From Vairimorpha necatrix (taxonomy: Eukaryota): DNA of 64,000 nt. Below are positions 22,262 to 33,139 of this stretch, one piece after another (position 1 is the first letter of the stretch; each line of letters begins with the position of its first letter). The DNA is taken from NCBI GenBank assembly GCA_036630325.1, contig CP142727.1, positions 186,001 to 250,000 of the forward strand, given 5' to 3'. Under the pieces are notes generated by a model. It was not told the origin of the DNA. It saw only the letters and a program-made list of their open reading frames with translations, and did no database searches. The translations under genes and the position numbers were made by a program.

Positions 22262-22903
22262 TTTGTTTATTTATAAAATTTTTTTATTTATACTTTTATT
22301 TGTTTTGTTTTAGGTTGTTTGAAACAAAATTTAACAATTGTTAAACAATGTTAATTTTATATTACATTTTTAAATTATTTTTGCGATTTTTTTCTGTAAC
22401 ACAGAGTAAACAATTTGTAACGTTTATTTACATTTATTTCAGAATTGGTGTTTAGCTTTAATAATTGCTTATATTTCATTAAAAGTACTTTTTTTGTTCT
22501 TCCTCTCTTATCTGCAAATGTGTAGTGTTATTTTCATCTTAAAATATAATTCTACAATTTTATATCATTTGAAAATGCTTATTGAAAAGTTTAAAACAAA
22601 AAAAAATATCATCGAAAAAAATACAAATGGGTTTACGTATTATTTTAATACTAATAATTTTTAAATTTATTAATTTATTATTCTTTGTAAAAATTTAACT
22701 GTTACTAATAAACTTTTTATTTATGTTTAACTCACGTAAACAAGTTATACAATTGTTTTATGACATAGTATGGTGTTTTTGAGATATCTAAAGTCTAGAA
22801 AAAAAAAATTTATTTCTTCTAGATATACATCTCTTTGGTAAGTCAAATGAGATTACAATTTTATGTATGATATCTTACTAAAAAATAAAGAATATACATA
22901 CCC

Positions 22904-23860
22904 ATGATTTTACTTTTTTGCTTTAAAAATTATTACATTTTAGCTTTAAATAATTGTACTCATGATACTTTTGAACAGAATACAGCAGAACTTAATTTAA
23001 ATAATTATATTAATGAAAATACTGACGAGAACATCGATTTTATATCAATCTTATATGAAGAAACCAGTGAATTAATAAATGATAACGATATGGAATTGAT
23101 GACGGAAGAATTATTTGAACATTTGATAAATGGAGGGGACTATGATAAATACTTAGAAAAGTTAAAAAAACCTCAAATAGTTGATAATATAAATTCGCAC
23201 GAAATACCAGAAAACGAAGTTTTTTTAAATCACGATATATTGCATGATTCAAATATAGTTAATAATTGTATCTTTATCGATAAACAACTTACTGAAATGA
23301 GAGATAAATTTAACCAAATAATTGACGAATCAAAAAATCTATTTCCAATGCCTCATAATGAAATATTCTTCATTAATTTTAAATTTGACGAATTTGAAAA
23401 AATCAAAAATAACAGAAAATATTTGAGAGAAAGGTTTGTGATACATGAAAATAATTTATTAGGTCGCGCACGAAATATCAAAGATCTTTTTAAAAAAGAA
23501 AAATTTATTGATAATTTTAACATCATTTCCACCTTAGATTTCATTATTGAAGTATTTGAATACGTAATACCTCGAAATAACAATTTAAAGGTTAAAATTA
23601 GAGGTTTACAATTAAAATTTTTATTCTCATTGGACAAATGGAAAATCGAACAAGTGTTTGCTAACATTTTTTTGGATAATTTAATCAATGCAATTTATCA
23701 AAATTGTAAAATTAGCATGCCAGCTAAAGGTATAAAAGAAATCCAAATTCTAAAGAATTTGAAGTCTCTAAGAACTAATTTTTGCAATTTTAATGATCAG
23801 AAAGATAAGCTTTGTAAACTGATGCGTGAAACTTATGAAATAATTGCGAAATATCTATGA
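22904..23860 (+). CDS. hypothetical protein, possibly secreted, 318 aa
   Basis: Long ORF, CCC-ATG, short hydrophobic N-terminus. Confidence 0.8.
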   Translation: MILLFCFKNYYILALNNCTHDTFEQNTAELNLNNYINENTDENIDFISILYEETSELINDNDMELMTEELFEHLINGGDYDKYLEKLKKPQIVDNINSHEIPENEVFLNHDILHDSNIVNNCIFIDKQLTEMRDKFNQIIDESKNLFPMPHNEIFFINFKFDEFEKIKNNRKYLRERFVIHENNLLGRARNIKDLFKKEKFIDNFNIISTLDFIIEVFEYVIPRNNNLKVKIRGLQLKFLFSLDKWKIEQVFANIFLDNLINAIYQNCKISMPAKGIKEIQILKNLKSLRTNFCNFNDQKDKLCKLMRETYEIIAKYL

Positions 23861-24200
23861 TCGATTAATAAAATAAAATGAAATATAATATTTGTCATTA
23901 TAGTAAAAAAATATTCCATTGGTATTATTAATTGCTGAAAAACTTAATCTGCATTTTATGTATTATTTACGAAAAAAAGACTGATTCGTTTGTATTTTTT
24001 GTACAAGTGATGGTAATAATACATTTTATTTGTAGGCATAAATTTAATAATGTTGACGATAATAAATCCTTTTTACCAAAAAATCTTTAATTTTTTTTCT
24101 AATTAATGCAAAATGTGTTCTAATATAAGATTAGAAGACTTAAAAATGTTAAGGGGCGAGAATAGGACGCTAAAAAGATTTTTATATGTTAACATCAGCA

Positions 24201-24926
24201 GGTACATGGCCGTTTGGAACCCGCTTTGGGAAAATGAACCCGCATTGGGAAAATGAACCCGCTTTGGGAAAATAAACCCGCATTGAAATTTTAAAGGACC
24301 CCCTTTAAAAAAATGGAAAAATTGGCAAAAACAATGTTTGTTGAGGCAGATGAGGTTTTTAGTGATGTAATGTATTTATACGTGGAACATAAAGAAAAGT
24401 TTATTTTGGAAAAATTTGATGCTGAATCGGCGTGCGCCTTGCTCGTTTCTGTAATAGTAGAATACTGCCTTTTCCTTGAGGTGATACAAGAAAATGTATA
24501 ACCTATTTCTATACGATCTCTAATCAATGGGTAGCATATGATGTCACATTAGCTAAGCAAAGGGATGGAGCACAGTACTAAGAATCACTCCATAAATGCC
24601 GTTACCTCTAGCGATTCTGAGTCACAATATTATATAATTTAGTTGGTTTCGGCTCATTCCTATAAGAGATATTTGATCTTAACATAAACAAAGAAGAACA
24701 CTGTGAGTACCTTTTACAGTTTCAAAGGCTTTTCAAATTCCCAAAAATTAACGGATAAATTGTCTTCTGTCATTATTTAAAATAAATCATCAAGTCCTTT
24801 TTTTATAACTTTTTTTTATTTTTCCCTTTTTTTGAATTTTTCAAAGCGGGTTTATTTCCCCAAAGCGGGTTCATTTTCCCAATGCGGGTTCATTTTCCCA
24901 AAGCGGGTTCCAAACGGTCATGTACC
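24201..24926 (+). mobile_element. non-autonomous Merlin/IS1016-like DNA transposon, 726 bp
   Basis: GG-starting TIRs (~90 bp) with 19-bp internal repeats GAACCCGCWTTGGGAAAAT; 8-bp TSD CATCAGCA at 24193-24200 and 24927-24934; NHS transposase relic at 24583. Confidence 0.88.
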
Positions 24927-26174
24927 CATCAGCAAAGTAGTTTTATAGGAGACTAATTCCTTATGTTAGATTTCAGAAGTATTTTTAATTCTAAAAACCA
25001 TATTAAAAATGAATCGAAAGACGAATTAATACAAGCGATAAAGGATTTGCGGATACGATCGGTTGGCATTTTGAAAAATATATGTAACAAAGCATATGCG
25101 AGACATATTATCAAACGAAGTTGTAACATTTCCGTGATGTGACGAAAAATAATCAAATCATTATATAGATTTCATCTATTTCCATTATATTCAGGTAGTT
25201 CGTGGTCTAGAAAACGCTCTAATTCATATTTTAAATTAGTAGCAATTTTACAAAATTTCCGAAAAAAGGCTCTTGAGATATGATTATGGCAAATATACGA
25301 AAAGGGTATATTAACGGAATGCTTTTTTTTACAAACCAATATATCATTAAATATAGAGTATAGATTTTGTGAGGTAAATAGCAGAAAATAGACGTCCTAT
25401 GGCTATTGTGTCGTTGTCTATATCTTTCAAGGCAACAACTCAATAATTTATCTAATTTTAAATGCGATGAAAACAATTCTTTGACAATTAAAATATAACT
25501 AACCACTATCGTATTCAAAAATATGATAATAAATTCACTCTTCTTGTTTTTTTTGTCTTCGTGTCATATCTAGTATTTGGTTTTAAAACATTCAAAAACG
25601 GTACAATAAAAATTTTAAATGTTGTAAAATCTATAGTTATTCCAAAATTACGCTGTTTTTACATATATTAATTATAATATGCAAAACAATCAAAGTTAAA
25701 ACTATACATTAAGCAGAAAATATCGATAATAACACGGGATCCCTATGAATTTTAGAATAAAGTAATGCGCCACATAATATAACTTTTGGGAATGTTATAT
25801 TAGACATAAAAACTTTTATTACTATTGTTGTGGCTTAAATATTTAATGAAGTATATGTGTTGATTTTAAACGAATGCAATAAGTAAAAAAGAACTGTTGC
25901 CATACAAATAATAATTAGATTATTAGTTTGTTCTAATTTTGTTTAAACTAATGTTAATATTTATTATGACTAAAAAATATTAAGAGAAAAATTATTCTCA
26001 AGAACTCATTATCACAAGTACATTTGTTGCATTTATAAGTATCTAAATTAAAAATTATTACAATTTGATTTATTTTTGAATAGTAAGCAATTTTAAATCA
26101 ATTATTTTTACAAGATATTCATTTAATTTGTCAATATATCATTTACCGTTATTAATTGAATTTTCTTTTGCCCC

Positions 26175-26846
26175 ATGTCCAATAGAAATTTTGAAGAAGA
26201 GAAATTGTTTGTAAAAGATATGTTTCCACATTTAACTAAAGAGGACATAGAAAATTTATTTATATCATCTAACGATATAAATATCATAATCACTAAAATT
26301 TTAGACGGATCTTACAAAGGAATAAATTTAAATATGAAAGAATTATCAATAGTAAATTTTAGACAGAAAAAACAAGAAGCAGATTTATATTATCCAGAAT
26401 TATTCAATAATAAAGGGGTTGATGTGTCAAGTGGAGATCTTGATAGACAAAAAACGGATGCCATATTTTCAAGAATTAAAAATATTAAAAACAAGCTGAA
26501 TATTTGTAAAGATAAGAAAGTACTCGAATATCAGACGGAAGAAAAGCAAAAATTATATTCAGAGCTTGAGGATTTAAACAGAAAAAGAGCTCTAATGATT
26601 TTGAATAAATCTCTGCAAAAACCCGGCATGATAGATTTACATGGATTATATACGAAGGAGGCATTGATGTTTGCAAGCGATTACATAAAAATTTATAATC
26701 CAAAACAAATTAATTTTATAACTGGATGCAGTGGAAATTCTCAATCTTTGAGACCTTCTCTTATTAATTTTCTTATTGGTAAAGGTTACAAAATATTTGA
26801 CAAAGATGATCCATATATTAAAGGCATAAAAATAAATAGATCATAA
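26175..26846 (+). CDS. CUE-like + Smr domain protein (Cue2/N4BP2-like)
   Basis: N-terminal MFPHL, C-terminal IDLHGL and FITGCSGNS Smr motifs; CCCC-ATG. Confidence 0.8.
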   Translation: MSNRNFEEEKLFVKDMFPHLTKEDIENLFISSNDINIIITKILDGSYKGINLNMKELSIVNFRQKKQEADLYYPELFNNKGVDVSSGDLDRQKTDAIFSRIKNIKNKLNICKDKKVLEYQTEEKQKLYSELEDLNRKRALMILNKSLQKPGMIDLHGLYTKEALMFASDYIKIYNPKQINFITGCSGNSQSLRPSLINFLIGKGYKIFDKDDPYIKGIKINRS

Positions 26847-28054
26847 ATACCCTTCAATACAGTTAGAAAAATCAAAATAAATAATCCGGCTAAATATTAA
26901 GACATTTTACGCTTTGTCTTTGTCAAGTGACAGATCTCCAGTGGTCCTAAGATTGCCCTGGAGCTCAGAGAATACGATTCTATAAGTATTCTCTTCCTTC
27001 TCCCAACTATGTTTATGGAGGGAAAATGTATAATATTTTCCCGCCTAAAAATATAAAAGAAAATCATATCCGAAGGGTATGAAGAATAATAAAAACATTA
27101 GTTTAAAACATTTATCTCGTACTGATGGGAAACCATCAGTCCACAGTCTTCTTTTAAAATATGCCTTGCAAAGATTTCTACTTTGTGCAATGAGATTTTT
27201 GACTTTTTCCCATCTATTAAATTCGTCAAGAACATTATAGAATTTGTCAAACGTTATGCGGAATTATTAATATTTTCCTCTCATTCATATAGTGTAAAAA
27301 GTTTTAGATAGCATGTTTTGAAAGTATAACACGTCAAATATCATCCAATTATTTATTAAACGACATCAGACATTTGACATTTGGATTGTAAAGTGAGTAT
27401 ATAAATATTAATATAATTTATTTGGGTATAATATTCGGCTGTTTAATTACTTTTCACAAGATACGCTTACAGACTCATCTGGCAGTTCCAGGACTTCCTT
27501 CTGAGATTCACTCATTGGGCTCTCGAAGACCCCTTCCTGATCTGTATCAAGCCCATGTCTGGCTGACATAGTTGGGCTTTCTAAAGTCATTTTAAGGACT
27601 CTTGAGTGTTAATATGCTTCCGTTCTGGGTTCTAATCTGAGCACTTTGATATGCGTACGGTGAAAATTAGTTACTATTCCATCCCATGTCATCACATGAG
27701 GAATAATTTTCGGCTTGTATTTGTAGAGAGAAGCCACATGATTTGCGAGCAAGACGTATTTATGTTTCTTTTCTGTTTCTACTGCATGGAGGTTGTTAAA
27801 GCTTGTGATTCCAACTTCTACAACGATCACTTCTTTCCTCAACTTGTCTACAATTAGTATATCGGGCTTGTTATACTTTATTTTAATACTTGAATGTATC
27901 CTACTGTCGACTCGTATCTCAACATACTTATTAGCTACACATTCCTGGACTGAATGATTTCTAATTCTTTTGGCATGGGATAGGCCATACGTCTTACACA
28001 ACTGCAGGTGGATGCATCGCAGTGCCTCATTGTGCCGTCTCATGTAATCATGTG

Positions 28055-31000
28055 TGTTGAATATTTATAAATTTGTATTTTTATTACCCCTAAGATATCT
28101 TAAAATAAACATGGTGGAGAATATGAACGAAAAAATAACTAAAAACAACATAATACATGAAATAAAAAGAGCAGAGGCTCTTAGTAAATGGAATATAAAA
28201 AAGGACGAAGATAAAATGGATGAATTTATAAGTAGATTTGATGAAAATATCTTAAACTGGCATTTAGAAGAATTTGCTAATAAAAGAAAAGCAAGTTATA
28301 ATTATGAAGATTGGAAAAACAAAGCATTAGAGAAATTTAGTACAAAAATTTCTATTGTAGACCTTTGCTCTAAGAAACAAAGGGATAATGAATCAGTTTC
28401 TGTATTTATAAAGGAAACGATAAAATTATGCGAAGATTTAAAAATTGAAGAAAAGGATAGAAGGAAAATTCTAAAAAACGGCATTAAACCCAGATATAAA
28501 CTTATAAAAATATTTTTATCCAGTAAATATGACACTGACGATGAATTTTATGAAACCATTGAAGAAATGGAGAAGGAGGCCGATTTATCATTCTCCTTCA
28601 AAAATTTAAGCATAAAAGAAACTCCGAGAAAAACTTTAACCTGCTTCATTTGTAAAAAGCCAGGACACGTTTCTACAAGTTGCTATTTTCGGAATAGAAA
28701 TAGAGATACTGGTTCAAGTAAGCAAGTACATGAGGTAGTATCTGATAATGAAGAGAGATTAGAAGAAAGCACTTCATTTTATGAAAATAAAAACAATTAC
28801 GTCTACGTTAATTTTAAGAAAGTACCTGTGGTTTTTGATTCTGGTTCTAGTTTCAATTTTATTTCTTATTGTGCAGTTAGAGAATTGAAATTACAGGTGT
28901 CGAGGAGGATAAAGCAATTGAGCTTTTTTACGTGTTTAGATGAAGAATTTAAAGTACGAGATATAGTAGAGCTTGAATTTAATTATATGGACAAAATATA
29001 TAAAACCGAACTTTTTATTTTACCAAAGGTTGATAAATTTAAAATTTTATTAGGAAAACAGGAGTTAATCAAAATTTTTGCAAAGCCAAAAAACAGAGTG
29101 TGTCAAATTAAAACAAAACCTGGAGAAAAAGTCGTAGAAAGAGTGTATGGATTGCCACAGAAATTAGAAGTAGCCATAGACGCCGAGATAGAAAAGTTGT
29201 TAATGAAAAAATATATTCAAAAATCAAGATCTACGTGGTTAAACAATCTTAGACCAGTTATGAAACCAGATGGATCGGTTCGAGTAACAACAAATTTGAT
29301 TGCACTTAATAAGTTAGTAGATTTGGATAAATATTCGCTTCCAAGTATAGAAAGAATTTTACATAATCTAAAAGATCAAAAATATTTTTCAAAGTTAGAT
29401 TTAAAAGATGGATTTTTTCAAATAGAATTAGCAGAAGAAGACAGGCACAAGACAGCTTTTACACATAAACATCATTTGTACGAATGGAATGTAATGCCAA
29501 TGGGCTTTAAAAATTCGCCGGTCATATTTCAACGGTTTATGGATGATGTTTTACAAGAGGATATTGGTAAAAGATGTTTCATTTATGTTGACGATATTTT
29601 GGTCTTTGGAACAACTGAAGAAATTCATGATAAAAATTTTCGGATTATAACAGAACGATTAAAAAATAATGATTTGCGATTAAATGAAGATAAAACTATC
29701 TACAAAAAGACATCAGTAGAATTTTTAGGACACATAATAGAATATAACAAAATAAAACCAAAAATAGAAGCTAGCCAAGGTATTGATGAAATTAAACCGC
29801 CCCAAAATATAAAATCTTTACAAGAATTTCTTGGCTTTATAAATTTTTATAGAAAATTTATTCCCATGTGCTCAAGTGTTGCAGGATGCTTGTATGATTT
29901 ACTCAAAAAAGATAAAAATTTTTGTTGGGGAGAACTGGAAGATAAAGCTTTTAATGAGCTTAAAACTATTATAAAATCAAATATAGCATTATATCAACCA
30001 GACTATACAAAACCATTTATACTAGAAACAGATGCGTGTAATTCGGGTGTTGGGGCAATTCTCTCACAGAGACAAGGTGAAACGATTTATCCAATTTCAT
30101 ATGCTTCAAGAAGACTTTTACCTGCTGAGATAAACTATAGTATCAGTGAAAAGGAATGCTTAGCAGTATTATGGGGAATGGAGAATTTTAAATATTTCTT
30201 GTACGGGAATGAATTTGAAGTAATAACAGACCATAAAGCCTTAGAAGTTCTGAATAAAGGAGAAATAGGCTCTCAAAGAATACAGAGATGGCTAGATAGA
30301 CTTAGTCAGTATAATTTCACAGTAAAATACAGAAGGGGAGCAGAAATGGCACATGTAGACTATATATCTCGCTTATACCAAAAGGATGCCCAAGTTGTTA
30401 ATGAAATTCAAGATTTAAATGATGACACAAAAAGGAAACTTATTAAAGATAAACACGAAAAATTAGTTCATCGTGGAGCAAAAATAGTAGCCAAAGAGCT
30501 TAAAAGGGAATATACTTGGGATAATATGGAGAAATTAGTTGAAGAAGAGTTAAAAAAGTGTATAAGATGTAAAATGTATAATCCAAAAAGAGGAAAAGCC
30601 TTTTTGTTCGTTAAATCGTTTTATACAGGAGAAAAGGTAGCTATAGACATTATAGGACCAATAAATAAACAATATATAATAACAGGAATTGATTACTTTA
30701 GTAGAAAGGGGTTTGGAAAAGTTATTACCACTAGAGATAGTCAGAAAATTGTAGATTTTATAAACGAAATTAACAAACAAATATTAATTAAAGAGTTGAT
30801 AATGGATTCATCAAAAGAAAACCAAAGTAGCAAAGTAAAGAACTGGGCTATAGAGAATAAAGTAAAAGTACATTACACAACGCCCTTTCACCATCAATCA
30901 AATGGGCGTGTAGAAAGATTTAATAGAACTGTGCAGGAAGGGATTTACAAACAAGAGGGAAATCTAAATCTAAAATCAAAACTATTAAAAATGTTAGAGG

Positions 31001-31398
31001 CTTACAATAATATCTGCCACTCGAAACTAGGAATGTCACCAAACGAAGCTTGTAAAAAAGAAAACGAGACAAAAATAAAAGAAAAACAATACGAAGAAAT
31101 TATTATCTTTAACAAAGCAAACGAGAATAAAGAAGCCGAAGAAGTGTTTAATGAAAACGATCAGGTGATAATAAAGAACGAATTTGCTGTAGCTAAAGGA
31201 CAACCCAAGTTTAAAGATAGAGGACAGATTATAGAACGATTAGAAAATAATTCGTATATAGTATTATCGAAAGGAAGAAGGCTTAAAAGACATGCGTCTC
31301 AACTCAAAGTACTTGTATATTAGCTTATAAAAGAGGAGGGATGTTGAATATTTATAAATTTGTATTTTTATTACCCCTAAGATATCTTAAAATAAACA
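28055..31398 (+). mobile_element. Ty3/Gypsy LTR retrotransposon (Gypsy-2), intact, 3344 bp
   Basis: Identical 57-bp LTRs at 28055-28111 and 31342-31398; TSD ATGTG at 28050-28054 and 31399-31403; PBS TGGTGGAGA at 28112; PPT AAAAGAGGAGGGA at 31329-31341. Confidence 0.97.
28111..31323 (+). CDS. Gag-Pol polyprotein, 1070 aa from the first ATG
   Basis: CFICKKPGHVSTSC knuckle, FDSGS protease, YVDD RT, ETDAC RNase H, HHCC and DDE integrase (SNGRVERFNRT). Confidence 0.95.
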   Translation: MVENMNEKITKNNIIHEIKRAEALSKWNIKKDEDKMDEFISRFDENILNWHLEEFANKRKASYNYEDWKNKALEKFSTKISIVDLCSKKQRDNESVSVFIKETIKLCEDLKIEEKDRRKILKNGIKPRYKLIKIFLSSKYDTDDEFYETIEEMEKEADLSFSFKNLSIKETPRKTLTCFICKKPGHVSTSCYFRNRNRDTGSSKQVHEVVSDNEERLEESTSFYENKNNYVYVNFKKVPVVFDSGSSFNFISYCAVRELKLQVSRRIKQLSFFTCLDEEFKVRDIVELEFNYMDKIYKTELFILPKVDKFKILLGKQELIKIFAKPKNRVCQIKTKPGEKVVERVYGLPQKLEVAIDAEIEKLLMKKYIQKSRSTWLNNLRPVMKPDGSVRVTTNLIALNKLVDLDKYSLPSIERILHNLKDQKYFSKLDLKDGFFQIELAEEDRHKTAFTHKHHLYEWNVMPMGFKNSPVIFQRFMDDVLQEDIGKRCFIYVDDILVFGTTEEIHDKNFRIITERLKNNDLRLNEDKTIYKKTSVEFLGHIIEYNKIKPKIEASQGIDEIKPPQNIKSLQEFLGFINFYRKFIPMCSSVAGCLYDLLKKDKNFCWGELEDKAFNELKTIIKSNIALYQPDYTKPFILETDACNSGVGAILSQRQGETIYPISYASRRLLPAEINYSISEKECLAVLWGMENFKYFLYGNEFEVITDHKALEVLNKGEIGSQRIQRWLDRLSQYNFTVKYRRGAEMAHVDYISRLYQKDAQVVNEIQDLNDDTKRKLIKDKHEKLVHRGAKIVAKELKREYTWDNMEKLVEEELKKCIRCKMYNPKRGKAFLFVKSFYTGEKVAIDIIGPINKQYIITGIDYFSRKGFGKVITTRDSQKIVDFINEINKQILIKELIMDSSKENQSSKVKNWAIENKVKVHYTTPFHHQSNGRVERFNRTVQEGIYKQEGNLNLKSKLLKMLEAYNNICHSKLGMSPNEACKKENETKIKEKQYEEIIIFNKANENKEAEEVFNENDQVIIKNEFAVAKGQPKFKDRGQIIERLENNSYIVLSKGRRLKRHASQLKVLVY

Positions 31399-33139
31399 AT
31401 GTGAAAGCATACGATCACACTGGGTGGCCATATGATCTACTGTCTTTGCATATTCATGGCAGTGTGGGCATTTTATCTGTTTCTCTAAGAAAATACTTCG
31501 GTCCTGTAATGCACATAAATTTCCTTCCTCTCTCGGGCTTATATTTCCTTTTGTGAGCCACGTGGCAGCCTGTTTTATATCAATAAGTGGATCGTCTCTT
31601 GGTCTAAATAGCTTTGAATGGTTTGTTTTTATTTTTATATCGCTATAAAGAGATTCGGGTTGAGCCTCTATTAATATTTTAGCTGTTACGTTTTCCTTAA
31701 GTTTATATTTCTCTTTTATATATCCTTCTATGGTGGATAGATATGTGTAGCCAGTTTTCTCGGAGTGGAAAATCGCTTTGCGTTTTAGAACAGATTCTTT
31801 CGTGCTTTAAAATTCTTTGGCTAGTTGTAAAAGCATTCTTTCACTTTTATGTTCTACGCGTTGGAGCTCTCTTCCAAGTTCGGCTCTGGAGAGATATGAG
31901 TATATAAATAAACTTATGTTTTCTAAAAAAATTTTTTAAATACAACAAAATGTTTATCAAAAAAAAAAATAATCCAAAATTATCTTAAGTAAAATTCGCG
32001 TTTACGCCATTAACTTGGACCGAACGTAACTGATATTACTTTTGTTTTTTATTGTAATTTTTGAGTCTAATTTACAAGTCACTTGATTTATAATACTTAT
32101 TCCATATTTGTCTTCATTAAATACATTAGTTTATTGTTCAACAAACATTTATCTTGTGTTTCTTACGATAAATTCAGCCTTTTAGCTATAAAACTTCTTG
32201 GCAGCAATTTCAAGTATTGATGTAACTTTAAACTCCAAAACCAACCAAACAGATTACTAACTCAAAATAACTAAAAAAGATGTGCGTTTACAAATATAAA
32301 TAACTCCAACATCAGTAACTAAAATATAAGTGATAAGAATTATGACAAATTCAAAAACAAATAAAAAAGGAACTTCTAGTCCCTCTTGAAGGAATAAAAA
32401 ATCAAAGAAGTATTAAAAATATAAAAATTCATGTTTTTTAGCTGCACCAAGTAACAAAGCAGGGACTCTGCCATATTGTATTTTATGTTTGTCTAATGTT
32501 TCTTTCCAGATAGATATTTTTACAGCATTTTGCTAATTATTTTCCATATTTTCGTTGCATTATGTTTGTCAGTAGATCTTAAACATATGTATTTGCATGT
32601 TTAAGAAATCATTAATAAGTCAAAATAGTTTTAAACTCCAATTTATTGCTCCACATTTCCATTTTGTCATATTTTTTATAGCGAATAAAGACACTTCTTA
32701 TTTTTATAATTTTTTTTGCATTTAGAGAAATTTTTATCAAGTAAATATTTTTTTATAGCATGTTTTACAAATTCAAATTCTAAACGCATTTATTGCCCGA
32801 AAAAAAAAACGTGACCAATGTCGAGCAAAAAATGTTTAACATGCGCTCAAAGAAGAAAATATATTTTTAATTACAATAAGTAGGCATATAATTACTATTA
32901 GCTCTACTATTCTAAACAAATAATTAATATTCCACTTACCTTTCACATGAACTCTGCAAAAAAAAATCTAGAAAATAATCCATCCACGCTTTGTATGGCA
33001 TTAGTTGACGATCGTGTTATTTCAAAAGAATTTTTGTTTGATTGTTATCTTGTCGCTAGATCTTTGAAATGTACATGTTTATTGATCAATAACTATTACT
33101 TAAAGCTTTTGAATTCAGTTTGTCGTTACATCATCTAAC

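Larger units (their letters stand above)
27408..31896 (-). mobile_element. 5'-truncated non-LTR retrotransposon with REL endonuclease, interrupted by Gypsy-2
   Basis: CPHC-x7-H-x4-C knuckle, RHN, KPD..EVG..K and MTWDG motifs re-join across the Gypsy; 14-bp TSD TGAGTATATAAATA at 27394-27407 and 31897-31910. Confidence 0.9.

Noticed and set aside
24217..24290. 19-bp repeats resembling iterons or CRISPR
   Set aside because: Part of Merlin-like TIRs with a TSD
24953..25560. Possible decayed gene on the minus strand
   Set aside because: Fragmented ORFs, no recognisable homology by eye
28054..28110. GTG-initiated N-terminal extension of the Gypsy-2 ORF
   Set aside because: Starts in the TSD, upstream of the LTR promoter; a non-ATG start is unlikely
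31341..31556. 71-aa ORF sharing its N-terminus with gag-pol
   Set aside because: 3' LTR read-through into the antisense strand of the non-LTR element; its ATG begins outside the LTR
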